A stretch of 63,967 nucleotides of DNA, the filler included, from Vicugna vicugna (taxonomy: Eukaryota), in NCBI GenBank assembly GCA_013265495.1. It is 77 parts of 72 records of this genome, joined end to end, with 100 filler letters (N's around TTAATTAATTAA, not from the genome) between each part and the next. Parts side by side here need not be neighbours in the genome. Positions count along the whole stretch, not along the records: positions 24,066 to 24,510 come from PNXW01013085.1; positions 24,611 to 24,868 come from MU060165.1; positions 24,969 to 26,197 come from MU060166.1; positions 26,298 to 26,540 come from PNXW01013116.1; positions 26,641 to 27,496 come from MU060168.1; positions 27,597 to 27,819 come from MU060169.1; positions 27,920 to 28,059 come from MU060169.1; positions 28,160 to 28,694 come from PNXW01013121.1; 69 more parts are not named here. One strand, 5' to 3'. This document shows positions 23,966-36,356 of the stretch, one piece after another. The notes under the pieces were generated by a model. That model was not told the origin of the DNA. It did no database searches and was given only the letters and a program-made list of their open reading frames with translations. A program made the position numbers and the translations under genes. How positions within the stretch are numbered: the stretch's first letter is position 1; each line of letters begins with the position of its first letter.

Positions 23966-24065
23966 NNNNNNNNNNNNNNNNNNNNNNNNNNNNNNNNNNN
24001 NNNNNNNNNTTAATTAATTAANNNNNNNNNNNNNNNNNNNNNNNNNNNNNNNNNNNNNNNNNNNN

Positions 24066-24510
24066 TTCTAAGTCTATATACGCCTTGTTCGGAGGGTGAA
24101 AGGTCTTAATTCACATGCTCACATGTCAGAAACACATGATTGCCCAATCCGTCATACATGTAGCATGTACGGAACCCGGAATGCCATGTTGTTGGAATAC
24201 ATGTAAATTACATATCTGTTAGGTGGAAATCGCTCCAGAACTATTTTTTTGTGAAAAAGAACTATTTTTTTTGTGAAAAATGCACGGATTCGTACCTGGT
24301 GATAGGGAAAGATTGTGAAAATGTGTACACGTGTCTAGATGAAAATATTCCTTTTATAGAGGATGAAAGATTAGTAATCCACATGCTCTCAACTCAGGAA
24401 TGCATGTTTGTCAAATTCGTCATGTATGTAGCATGTAAGGAACACGGAATATCATGCAGATGAAATCTATTCAAATAACATATCTCTAGGGTAGGATTCG
24501 CTCCAAGAGG
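24066..24510 (+). repeat. SatC satellite
   Basis: Match to SatC, with a local duplication of GAACTATTTTTTTGTGAAAAA at about 24238-24280. Confidence 0.92.
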
Positions 24511-24610
24511 NNNNNNNNNNNNNNNNNNNNNNNNNNNNNNNNNNNNNNNNNNNNTTAATTAATTAANNNNNNNNNNNNNNNNNNNNNNNNNNNNNNNNNN
24601 NNNNNNNNNN

Positions 24611-24818
24611 CCCTCAACACCTGCTTTCCTCTCTTGTTTCCCTTGAATTTGTTCTATTCTTCGTTTCTTAACAACTCTTTCTTTCCTTAATTCCTTCGTT
24701 TCTTCCTTCCTTCCTTCCTTTTGTTCTCTCTCTCTTTCTTTTTTTCTTTCTTTCTCTTCCTTCCTTCCTTTCTTTTCTTTCTCTTCCTTCCTTCCTTTCT
24801 TTTCTTTCCTTCCTTCCT

Positions 24819-24866
<48 letters not shown>

Positions 24867-24868
24867 TC
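24611..24868. repeat. Polypyrimidine (TTTC)n/(TTCC)n simple repeat
   Basis: Directly visible. Confidence 0.92.
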
Positions 24869-26297
24869 NNNNNNNNNNNNNNNNNNNNNNNNNNNNNNNN
24901 NNNNNNNNNNNNTTAATTAATTAANNNNNNNNNNNNNNNNNNNNNNNNNNNNNNNNNNNNNNNNNNNNCAGAAAACATATAGTATGGCCTTATTTTTCAA
25001 TAAAGCTTATATAAACACACATATACATAGAATTCTCATATACGTTTATGTATGTGTATATATATATGACATAGGCATAAAGGTCATGAAATATATACTC
25101 CACATTGTCAGCAGTTTTTACTCTCAGGAAAAAAGGGGAAGGGAAGTAGGGGACTTTCGGTACCACCACAGTTCTCTTTTCAGTATTCCAGTTAAGTTTA
25201 CTTGGAATATAAAAGTTTACTTAAGTCCAANNNNNNNNNNNNNNNNNNNNNNNNNNNNNNNNNNNNNNNNNNNNNNNNNNNNNNNNNNNNNNNNNNNNNN
25301 NNNNNNNNNNNNNNNNNNNNNNNNNNNNNNNNNNNNNNNNNNNNNNNNNNNNNNNNNNNNNNNNNNNNNNNNNNNNNNNNNNNNNNNNNNNNNNNNNNNN
25401 NNNNNNNNNNNNNNNNNNNNNNNNNNNNNNNNNAGAAAATAGATTTTAAAGTGTTAATTATTATCTCTGAATACTGGGAACAGGATAGACCCTTTTGACC
25501 CTTTTTTCAGACTTTTATATTTAATACACATTATTTTTCATCTGAAAAATGCATTTTTAGATGTCTAGTACCACACATTGGGAAAAATACATGAGTACTT
25601 ACAGAAACAAATAACTAGGAGACACCGCAGCAACATCACACAGTGCAGAATGGGTGATCCTGAATAACAGCACGCAGTTACATAAGGACCCAAAAAATGA
25701 AAGCACCCGCTGTAACAGGGTGCGGCCCCCTTCTATTTGTCAGTTGTGTCTTCAGGGCTGAGGCAGTTCTGAGCACGGCCAGTGTCAGTGCTGGTGTCTG
25801 GATGGATGCCACTGGAGGTGAAGGCACCTGCAAGCCGAGAGGAAGAACAGAAATCATCCNNNNNNNNNNNNNNNNNNNNNNNNNNNNNNNNNNNNNNNNN
25901 NNNNNNNNNNNNNNNNNNNNNNNNNNNNNNNNNNNNNNNNNNNNNNNNNNNACAGTTTTATTCACAACTTATATTCTGCCTATAACTGTCTTTTCAACAA
26001 ACCATTATATTTATTAAGTGTTAATTAACTCAGTTAATTAACTACCTGTTGAAACCTATTAAAGAACATAACATGCACTACCTGAAAGCACCACACATGC
26101 AGTGACTAGCACAGCTGTCTTGACGACAGTGCAGTCAGCCCCCACCATCTCATGGCCCTGAGCTCCTGATGCTGGGAAGAGAGCACGCTGCCGCCTCNNN
26201 NNNNNNNNNNNNNNNNNNNNNNNNNNNNNNNNNNNNNNNNNTTAATTAATTAANNNNNNNNNNNNNNNNNNNNNNNNNNNNNNNNNNNNNNNNNNNN

Positions 26298-26540
26298 TCA
26301 GAAAGAACATGAGGGGTGGAGGGTGGGAAGGGATAGATGGGACTTCAACATTGTTAAACACATAAACAAGATTATACTGTATAGCACAGGGAAATATACA
26401 CAAGATCTTACAGTAGCTCACAGAGAGAAAAATGTGACAATGAATATACCTATGTTCATGTATAACTGAAAAATTGTGCTCTACACTGGAATTTGACACA
26501 ACACTGTAAAATGATTATGAATCAATAAATAAATGTAAAA
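26298..26540 (+). mobile_element. L1 3'UTR terminus (camelid-type)
   Basis: ATACTGTATAGCACAGGGAAATATACACAAGATCTT ... ATGTTCATGTATAACTGAAAAATTGTGCTCTACACTGGAATTTGACACAAC, then AATAAA and an A-rich tail. Confidence 0.85.
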
Positions 26541-26640
26541 NNNNNNNNNNNNNNNNNNNNNNNNNNNNNNNNNNNNNNNNNNNNTTAATTAATTAANNNN
26601 NNNNNNNNNNNNNNNNNNNNNNNNNNNNNNNNNNNNNNNN

Positions 26641-27496
26641 ACTTCCCTGACTTTGGGGAGGCAGCCTCTGACACTGGGAAATCCTCCAATCATACCTACC
26701 ATTCCCTGGCACAGAGAAATTAAGAAAACACTCAGGGGAGACGAGCTTAGGCATTCCGTTAGAACCCACGCGCTGCCGACCGTTGGTGGAACCTCCCCAC
26801 GCTCAGGATTCCGGAAGCATTGTCAGTGNNNNNNNNNNNNNNNNNNNNNNNNNNNNNNNNNNNNNNNNNNNNNNNNNNNNNNNNNNNNNNNNNNNNNNNN
26901 NNNNTTCCTGACCTTGGGGAGGCAGCCTCTGACACTGGGATAGCCTGCAATCACCCCTAGAATTCCCTGGCACAGAGACATTAGGAAAACCCTCAGGGGA
27001 GACGAGCTTAGTCTTTCCGTTAGAACCCACGCGCTGTCGACAGTTGGTGGAACCTCCACACGCTCAGGATTCCGGAAATAATGTCAGTGCGTGGGGGATC
27101 TAGAGAGAAAACTCCATGCAGCTCTCTTCACTCACAGGTGTTGCCTGTTCGGGGAAGTCTGAGAAATACCTTCCCTGACCTGGGGGAGGCAGCCTCTGAC
27201 ACTGGGATATCCTGCAATCATCCCTAGCATTCCCTGGCACAGAGACATTAGGAAAAGCCTCAGGGGAGACGAGCTTAGGCATTCCGTTAGAACCCACGCG
27301 CTGTCGACAGTTGGTGGAACCTCCACACGCTCAGGATTCCGGAAATAATGTCAGTGCGTGGGGGAGCTCGAGAGACAACTCCACACAGCGCTCTTCAGTC
27401 ACAGGTGTTCCCTGTACGGGGAAGTGCGAGAAATAATTTCCCTGAGCTTGTGGAGGCAGCCTCTGACACATTGATATCCTGCAATCACCCCTAGCA
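26641..27496 (+). repeat. SatA 267-bp satellite
   Basis: Tandem SatA monomers. Confidence 0.95.
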
Positions 27497-27596
27497 NNNN
27501 NNNNNNNNNNNNNNNNNNNNNNNNNNNNNNNNNNNNNNNNTTAATTAATTAANNNNNNNNNNNNNNNNNNNNNNNNNNNNNNNNNNNNNNNNNNNN

Positions 27597-28059
27597 ATTC
27601 TATATTCCATATTCTGTGTTCTATATTCTATATTCTTAATTTTATATTCAGTATTCGGTCTTCTAAATTCTATACACTTTTTCCTACATTCTATATTCTG
27701 TATTCTATATTCAGTAATCTGTATTATATACTCTAAATTTTGTGTTCTGCATCCCATGTTCTAAATTCTGGGTTCTATATTCTGTCTCCATATTCTAAAT
27801 TCTGTGTTCTACATTCTATNNNNNNNNNNNNNNNNNNNNNNNNNNNNNNNNNNNNNNNNNNNNTTAATTAATTAANNNNNNNNNNNNNNNNNNNNNNNNN
27901 NNNNNNNNNNNNNNNNNNNTCTAAATTCACTGCATTGTATTTCTAAATTCTCAGTTCTATATTCTTTGTTCTATATTCTATATTTTGTGTTCTTCATTCC
28001 TTATTCTACCTTTGTATTCTCAAATCCGTAGTCTATATTCTATATTCTGTGTTATTTAT
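27597..28059 (+). repeat. SatD 7-bp satellite (two small scaffolds, 27597-27819 and 27920-28059)
   Basis: TTCnnnn periodicity. Confidence 0.88.
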
Positions 28060-28159
28060 NNNNNNNNNNNNNNNNNNNNNNNNNNNNNNNNNNNNNNNNN
28101 NNNTTAATTAATTAANNNNNNNNNNNNNNNNNNNNNNNNNNNNNNNNNNNNNNNNNNNN

Positions 28160-28694
28160 ACAACACATACAAATCATTGAGAGTGAGAAAGGGAGGCAGG
28201 AAAATAGAGAAAAAATGTTTTTGGTATTTCCTTTTAAAATATTTTGTTCTCAGTAGGATGGTTTTGAGATCATATTATTATCAGTTTAATAAAATCAGTT
28301 ATAGTAATGGTCTAATAGACTTATATAAAAGGGTAAAAACAAGGCAAAAAATTTATTCCTGGAGTCACTAAAACTAAATAAATTTCATGATAATACAAAG
28401 GAAAATGACCAAACCAAAATAGGAAGATGAAGCGAACAAAGCGGAAATACAAAATCAGCAGCAAAGATAAGGTCAAAATGGCAATAAACACAAACATATC
28501 ATTGATTATTTTAAATGTTAATGGACTAAATGCTCCTAGGACTAAATGCTCCTGTCAAAGTCATTGAGTGATAGGCTGGATAATATAATAAGAATCTTCA
28601 ATATGCTTAATACAAGAGACCCACTTCAGGGAGAAGGAAACATATAGACTGAGAGTGACAGGATGGAAATGGGTATTCCATACAAATGGAAAAG
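28160..28694 (+). mobile_element. L1 inter-ORF region and ORF2 endonuclease N-terminus, disrupted
   Basis: ATG at 28478: MAINTNISLIILNVNGLNAP; downstream QETHFREKETYRLRVTGWKWVFHTNGK. Contains a duplication of GGACTAAATGCTCCT and stops. Confidence 0.9.
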
Positions 28695-28794
28695 NNNNNN
28701 NNNNNNNNNNNNNNNNNNNNNNNNNNNNNNNNNNNNNNTTAATTAATTAANNNNNNNNNNNNNNNNNNNNNNNNNNNNNNNNNNNNNNNNNNNN

Positions 28795-29475
28795 GAAGAC
28801 ACAGTATAAATCTTTGTGGTCCTAGGATATGCTTTGGTTCCCTAGATACAATACAAAGAGGACAAGTGATAGAAGAAAAAAGAAGATAAACTGGACTTCA
28901 TCAAAGTTAAAACCTTTTTGTTACAAAGGACATAATCAAGAAAGTGAAATGACAGGGGAAGGGGGTATCTCAAGTGATAGAGTGCGTGCTTAGCAAGAAA
29001 AATAAAATAAATCAATACATCTAATTACCTCCCCTGTTAAGAAATTGTTTTAATGTTTAAAAAAACTAAAGTGAAAGGACAATCTGCAGAATAGGAGAAA
29101 AATTTTCAAAGCATGTATCTAATAAGATACTAGTATTCAGGATAAGATATATAACAAATGCTTACAACTGACCAATACAAAGAAAATCAACCAAAATTTT
29201 AAATTTGCCAAGGATTTAAATAAATACACAAATGGCCGTTAATCATATGAAAAGAAGCTCAGCATCACTAGCCAAATCAAAAGCAAAATGAGATCTCATT
29301 TTACACCCACTAGGATGGTTATAATGAAAACATGGACAATAACAAGTGTCGTTCAGGAGGCAGAGATACCTCATATGCGGCCAGTGGAAAGCGACAATGT
29401 TGCAGCTTCTTTGGAGAAGTCTGGTGTTTCCTCAAAAGGTTAGCATTATATGGCCCAGCAATTCCACTCCTACAT
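28795..29475 (+). mobile_element. L1 ORF2 3' region, degenerate, interrupted by a SINE
   Basis: GATAAACTGGACTTCATCAAAGTTAAAAC ... CATTTTACACCCACTAGGATGG ... CCCAGCAATTCCACTCCTA. Confidence 0.85.
28955..29067 (+). mobile_element. tRNA-derived camelid SINE (vic-1-like), internally deleted, with 14-bp TSD
   Basis: GGGG...GGGTATCTCAAGTGATAGAGTGCGTGCTTAGCA head and CTAATTACCTCCCC tail; flanked by AAAGTGAAATGACA (28941-28954) and AAAGTGAAAGGACA (29068-29081). Confidence 0.8.
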
Positions 29476-29478
29476 GTA

Positions 29479-29546
29479 GAGTCATCCCTCAGTATCCTCG
29501 AGGGGTTGGTTTCAGGAAACCCCCACCCTGGATTCCATAATCCAAG
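29479..29546. mobile_element. MER2/Tigger-type DNA transposon end
   Basis: TA followed by GAGTCATCCCTCAGTATCC ... GGGGTTGGTTTCAGGA ... CCCC ... GGATTCCATAATCCA resembles the MER2 terminus. Confidence 0.7.
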
Positions 29547-29646
29547 NNNNNNNNNNNNNNNNNNNNNNNNNNNNNNNNNNNNNNNNNNNNTTAATTAATT
29601 AANNNNNNNNNNNNNNNNNNNNNNNNNNNNNNNNNNNNNNNNNNNN

Positions 29647-29693
29647 ACAATGTCCTGGCTTCAGTCCCCAGTACCTCCAAAAAAATAAACAAA
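29647..29693 (+). mobile_element. vic-1-like SINE 3' half
   Basis: GTCCTGGCTTCAGTCCCCAGTACCTCC plus A-rich tail (B-box region). Confidence 0.72.
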
Positions 29694-30771
29694 AATTATT
29701 GCATATTGAAAAACAAGAATAAAGTTATAAAAAAAATGCAGACTTAAAACCACTGCAATCTAGGTGCTACAATTATACTAAAAAAACAAGTGNNNNNNNN
29801 NNNNNNNNNNNNNNNNNNNNNNNNNNNNNNNNNNNNTTAATTAATTAANNNNNNNNNNNNNNNNNNNNNNNNNNNNNNNNNNNNNNNNNNNNCCCAATCA
29901 CGGGCAGGCAGTCACATGGCAAGCATGGACAGAAGCAAAACAGGAAGGGTTTCTAGATTAACTCAATGGACTAAATTTCTGTTATCAGAACAGATATACT
30001 GCCTGGAAAACAATTAACACCAATCATGGTGCACTCTCCGTGGACAGTGGCCGAGACACGACTATGAGAACCTGTGTAACTCTCCTTTCCCTGTCCTTTC
30101 TGGGCTAACTGATGCACAGAGGTACAGAGATTCTGGGATGCAGATACATCTAAACACCCAAAGTCCATCCCTGGGAGCCTCAAAACCAGACAGCCAGAGT
30201 TTAAATACCAGCTNNNNNNNNNNNNNNNNNNNNNNNNNNNNNNNNNNNNNNNNNNNNNNNNNNNNNNNNNNNNNNNNNNNNNNNNNNNNNNNNNNNNNNN
30301 NNNNNNNNNNNNNNNNNNNNNNNNNNNNNNNNNNNNNNNNNNNNNNNNNNNNNNNNNNNNNNNNNNNNNNNNNNNNNNNNNNNNNNNNNNNNNNNNNNNN
30401 NNNNNNNNNNNNNNNNNNNNNNNNNNNNNNNNNNNNNNNNNNNNNNNNNNNNNNNNNNNNNNNNNNNNNNNNNNNNNNNNNNNNNNNNNNNNNNNNNNNN
30501 NNNNNNGAGCACCCTTCTCTTCCATCCCACCACCTGTTTAAACCAAGGGAGGTGATGCCTCCTAACCACTCCTCTGGGCCATGGAGTGTGCTTCTCCGTT
30601 CACACCTCTGGCCCCTGGCCCACACATAGCACTCATCACACTAACAGAGTGAGGTGTGAGTCCGGGGAGACNNNNNNNNNNNNNNNNNNNNNNNNNNNNN
30701 NNNNNNNNNNNNNNNTTAATTAATTAANNNNNNNNNNNNNNNNNNNNNNNNNNNNNNNNNNNNNNNNNNNN

Positions 30772-31146
<375 letters not shown>

Positions 31147-32351
31147 NNNNNNNNNNNNNNNNNNNNNNNNNNNNNNNNNNNNNNNNNNNNNNNNNNNNNN
31201 NNNNNNNNNNNNNNNNNNNNNNNNNNNNNNNNNNNNNNNNNNNNNNNNNNNNNNNNNNNNNNNNNNNNNNNNNNNNNNNNNNNNNNNNNNNNNNNNNNNN
31301 NNNNNNNNNNNNNNNNNNNNNNNNNNNNNNNNNNNNNNNNNNNNNNNNNNNNNNNNNNNNNNNNNNNNNNNNNNNNNNNNNNNNNNNNNNNNNNNNNNNN
31401 NNNNNNNNNNNNNNNNNNNNNNNNNNNNNNNNNNNNNNNNNNNNNNNNNNNNNNNNNNNNNNNNNNNNNNNNNNNNNNNNNNNNNNNNNNNNNNNNNNNN
31501 NNNNNNNNNNNNNNNNNNNNNNNNNNNNNNNNNNNNNNNNNNNNNNNNNNNNNNNNNNNNNNNNNNNNNNNNNNNNNNNNNNNNNNNNNNNNNNNNNNNN
31601 NNNNNNNNNNNNNNNNNNNNNNNNNNNNNNNNNNNNNNNNNNNNNNNNNNNNNNNNNNNNNNNNNNNNNNNNNNNNNNNNNNNNNNNNNNNNNNNNNNNN
31701 NNNNNNNNNNNNNNNNNNNNNNNNNNNNNNNNNNNNNNNNNNNNNNNNNNNNNNNNNNNNNNNNNNNNNNNNNNNNNNNNNNNNNNTAACTGATAGTATA
31801 TCTTGTCTAATGAAACCCAAAAATAAATTGTCAACTTCGATTTTCTTCATCTGACCATTTTATGCTAACTTTGGATATCAAACCCTCACTCCATACGGAA
31901 AGCTCAGGCCTACACTGCAGCACAGTTACATCCCGAGGAAGAAAGCCGATCAAGGGAGAACTGGAGAGTTTCCCTTCAGAAACTGCTAAGTCTGGCTTTG
32001 CACCTGCACGTCATTTGCAACCACGTCATCGTCAAGGAGTAAGACCTTACCCCTGTGGGGCGTAAAGCACTGGGGTGCTTCTGAACCATCAAAGAACACT
32101 GAGATTTGTGAAACAGTCCTGAGGCACCTAAATCGCACTTTTTCTGAAAGGCTCCAAAACTGACCCACTTCATCATTCCAGGCACAACAGTGAGGTACCG
32201 GAATTAGGAGAGAAAACATGCCCTTGAATTCTGACAAGGCCCTGCTTGAATNNNNNNNNNNNNNNNNNNNNNNNNNNNNNNNNNNNNNNNNNNNNTTAAT
32301 TAATTAANNNNNNNNNNNNNNNNNNNNNNNNNNNNNNNNNNNNNNNNNNNN

Positions 32352-32926
32352 AATGCCCTGTTGATGGAATTCATGTAAATTACATATCTATTAGGTAGAA
32401 ATCGCTGCAGAAGTGTTTTTCTGTGAAAAATGCACGAATTCGAAACTGGAGTTAGGAAAAGCTTGTGAAAATGAGTACACGAGTCTAGATGAAAATATTC
32501 CATTTATAGAGGAAGAAAGATCACAAATCCACATGCTCTCAACTAAGGAATGCATGTTTGTCGACTCTATCATGCATGTAGTATGTACGGAATACGAATT
32601 ATCATGTTGATGTAATCCTTTCAAATTAAATATCTCTAGAGTAGAATTCGCTCCAAGAGGCTTTTTCTGGAATCATAGTGTGATTCCTGAACTTTGTGAT
32701 AGGAAATAGGAAGAATTACGAAGACAAAGTAAATATTTCAAAGTGCATAGTTAAATTGTTACGGTTGAAATATCAGTCATGTGCATTTTCACAACTCAGA
32801 AATGCATGTTTGAGGAATACGTGTTGCATGAAACATGTTCGGAATATGGAAAGCCATGGTTATGTAAACAAAGTAAATTATATATGTATTGGTTAGAATT
32901 CGCTCAAAGAGTGTTTTCGGGTGCCA
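32352..32926 (+). repeat. SatC satellite
   Basis: Match to the 741-bp unit. Confidence 0.92.
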
Positions 32927-33361
32927 NNNNNNNNNNNNNNNNNNNNNNNNNNNNNNNNNNNNNNNNNNNNTTAATTAATTAANNNNNNNNNNNNNNNNNN
33001 NNNNNNNNNNNNNNNNNNNNNNNNNNTCATCAGTTTTCCCCCAGAACTCCCTCTGCATCTTTCCCTCCTCACAGAAAAGCAGGACCATCATTTACCTCAT
33101 TAATCCACACATAAACCTTGTCCTTACTCCATCCTAAATTCACAGACAGCATTCATCCTTTCCTTTTTACCATCTTAACATGCCTTCAATCTGTTCGCTT
33201 TTACACACTGACCGTCCCACTGCTCAAGAGGAAGCCACCAACACTGCCCACCTGGACTCACGAGTCTCCCAAGTGGCCCCACAGCCACTCTCCCCTACTT
33301 GATACAAATGGGATTGTGTCACTCCCATGCTTTTTGGACTCTTTTCAGACCCACTGCTCCT

Positions 33362-33607
33362 AGAAGAAACTCCAAGTTCTTCACCTGGTGATAGTCTTTG
33401 CCATGAAACTGTCAGCACAGGGAGGGCAAGACCAGCCCTCTCCCCTTGGCCCCACCCTCTGGCAGAGCATCAGCATCGATGGACCTGCTGAGCTACACCA
33501 GCCTGTATTCTAAACCTGGTCTTGAGTTCTTAGCAAACTGCTTCACTTATCCATACAAATCCAAGGTAGATTGGAAAGATTTTAGATGTTGAGCTAGACT
33601 ATTGATT
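33362..33607 (+). repeat. Duplicated segment, paralogous to 59689-59933 (inverted)
   Basis: About 245 bp nearly identical, e.g. GATGGACCTGCTGAGCTACACCAGCCTGTATTCTAAACCTGGTCTTGAG; homology stops after GACTATTGATT. Confidence 0.92.
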
Positions 33608-35169
33608 AGCAACCTGTAATGTCATGTTCTAATGATTCTGTCTTCTTAAAACCACACCCAGATTAAAGGAGTATTTGTGGAATGCCTTCGGAGTAAAAGG
33701 GACTCTAATTTTACAGGCTTTGTGTTTTATAAAATGAACAACCCGGACAGGGTCACAAATGGAACCACCTCACAAGTGACAGAAGAGAGTTGAGACGCAC
33801 AAAGCGACAGGTCACAAAGATGGTAAGAGCAAAGGTGATTCTCCAACACCCCCAAAAATTCCTGAAAGAACCAAAAATTCNNNNNNNNNNNNNNNNNNNN
33901 NNNNNNNNNNNNNNNNNNNNNNNNTTAATTAATTAANNNNNNNNNNNNNNNNNNNNNNNNNNNNNNNNNNNNNNNNNNNNCTTGTAAATCTCAGCACATC
34001 ACCTTCAATATCATGTCTCCTGTCCCGTTGAGAGGGTGCGTCCAAGATAAACAGGGTCTCACCCTTGTTGGTCAGACCCTGCACTGGTTTCCATTCCCTG
34101 CTTTGCCTTCTCCTGCTTCCAGGTGTCCTGAGGCCTCATCCTGTCTTTGGAAGTAACANNNNNNNNNNNNNNNNNNNNNNNNNNNNNNNNNNNNNNNNNN
34201 NNNNNNNNNNNNNNNNNNNNNNNNNNNNNNNNNNNNNNNNNNNNNNNNNNNNNNNNNNNNNNNNNNNNNNNNNNNNNNNNNNNNNNNNNNNNNNNNNNNN
34301 NNNNNNNNNNNNNNNNNNNNNNGGTTTCTATAGTGGTGGGAGGGGTTGTCCAAAGAAACCTGTTTTGACATTGTGTTTATATCTCATTTCAGCCTTAAAG
34401 AAATTTAACAGAATTCATTTCCATGTTTTGGGAGTTATACGANNNNNNNNNNNNNNNNNNNNNNNNNNNNNNNNNNNNNNNNNNNNTTAATTAATTAANN
34501 NNNNNNNNNNNNNNNNNNNNNNNNNNNNNNNNNNNNNNNNNNAAAATCCTGGTATATTTTTTCCTATCAAATAATGCAAGTAACCTTATGTTTTTCCTTT
34601 TCCTTTGTTTGCCTGCTTGATCTAAATTTAATACTTTGTTAATAATATAATTGATATACTTTCTTTGTCCTTTAATGTTAAGGTTTCCATTTTTTGTTTA
34701 ACCCCTTTTATTGAAAATTAATTATCAATTTTATATATAAAANNNNNNNNNNNNNNNNNNNNNNNNNNNNNNNNNNNNNNNNNNNNNNNNNNNNNNNNNN
34801 NNNNNNNNNNNNNNNNNNNNNNNNNNNNNNNNNNNNNNNNNNNNNNNNNNNNNNNNNNNNNNNNNNNNNNNNNNNNNNNNNNNNNNNNNNNNNNNNNNNN
34901 NNNNNNNNNNNNNNNNNNNNNNNNNNNNNNNNNNNNNNNNNNNNNNNNNNNNNNNNNNNNNNNNNNNNNNNNNNNNNNNNNNNNNNNNNNNNNNNNNNNN
35001 NNNNNNNNNNNNNNNNNNNNNNNNNNNNNNNNNNNNNNNNNNNNNNNNNNNNNNNNNNNNNNNNNNNNNNNNNNNNNNNNNNNNNNNNNNNNNNNNNNNN
35101 NNNNNNNNNNNNNNNNNNNNNNNNNNNNNNNNNNNNNNNNNNNNNNNNNNNNNNNNNNNNAGCAGGTGA

Positions 35170-35290
35170 ATGGATGACCTCGATGACTTAACTCTGTCAC
35201 CGGAAACAGCTTCCGAGGACCGCGAGTCGCTTTACCCTAATTATAAGAATACCCTGAGGCTAATCGAACAACTTGGCCTGGAGAGTAAAG
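35170..35290 (+). pseudogene. ANKRD26-like exon fragment (probably a paralog/pseudogene)
   Basis: MDDLDDLTLSPETASEDRESLYPNYKNTLRLIEQLGLESK ending at donor G|GTAGG. Resembles recalled ANKRD26 [40 protein letters not shown]. An in-frame TGA sits at 35167-35169. Too short for the ORF track. Confidence 0.75.
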
Positions 35291-35401
35291 GTAGGACCCC
35301 CNNNNNNNNNNNNNNNNNNNNNNNNNNNNNNNNNNNNNNNNNNNNTTAATTAATTAANNNNNNNNNNNNNNNNNNNNNNNNNNNNNNNNNNNNNNNNNNN
35401 N

Positions 35402-36256
35402 GTGATTGCAGGATATCCCAGTGACCGAGGATGCCTCCCCAAGTTCCGGGAATATGTTTCTCGGACTTCCTCGAACAGGAAACACCTGTGACTAATGAGA
35501 GCTGCGTGGAGTTGCCTCTCGTGCTCCCCCACGCACTGACAATGATTCCGGAATCCTGAGCGTGGGGAGGTTCCACCAACGGTCGGCATCGCGTGCGTTC
35601 AAACGGAATGACTAAGCTCGTCTCCTCTGAGGATTTTCATAATATCTCTGTTCCAGGGAATGCTAGGGATGATTGCAGGATATCCCAGTGACCGAGGATG
35701 CCTCCCCAAGGTCAGGGAAGTTATTTCTAGGACTTCCCCGAACAGGGAACACTGTGATTAAGAGAGCTGCGTGGGGTTGCCTCTCGAGTTCCCCCACGCA
35801 CTGACAATTTTTCCGGAATCCTGAGTGTGGAATTTCCACCAAAGGTCGTCAGCGCGTGGGTTCTAACGGAATGCCTTAGCTCGTCTCCCCTGAGGGTTTT
35901 CCTAATGTCTCTGGGCCAGGGAATGCTAGGGGTGATTGAAAGATATCCCAGTGTCAGAGGCTACCTCCCCATGTCAGGGAAGTTATTTCTCAGACTTCCC
36001 CGAACAGGGAACACCTGTGACTCAAGAGAGCTGCGTGGAGTTGTCTCTCGTGCTCCACCACGTACTGACAATGTTTCCGGAATCCTGAGCGTGGGGAGGT
36101 TCCACCAACGGTCGTCAGCGCGTGGGTTGTAACAGAATGGCTACGCTAGTCTCCCCTGAGCATTTACCTAATGTCTCTGAGCCAGCGAATGATAGGGGTG
36201 GTTACAGGACTTCCCAGTGTCAGAGGATGCCTCCCAAGGTCAGGGAAGGTATTTCT
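35402..36256 (-). repeat. SatA 267-bp satellite
   Basis: About 3 reverse-complement monomers. Confidence 0.95.
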
Positions 36257-36356
36257 NNNNNNNNNNNNNNNNNNNNNNNNNNNNNNNNNNNNNNNNNNNN
36301 TTAATTAATTAANNNNNNNNNNNNNNNNNNNNNNNNNNNNNNNNNNNNNNNNNNNN

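Noticed and set aside
26020..26043. GTTAATTAAC-TCA-GTTAATTAAC as a linker remnant or regulatory palindrome
   Set aside because: Not the 12-mer linker and not N-flanked; a short AT-rich duplication with no other support
29971..30213. Minus-strand open frame as an exon
   Set aside because: No recognisable protein similarity and no polypyrimidine acceptor
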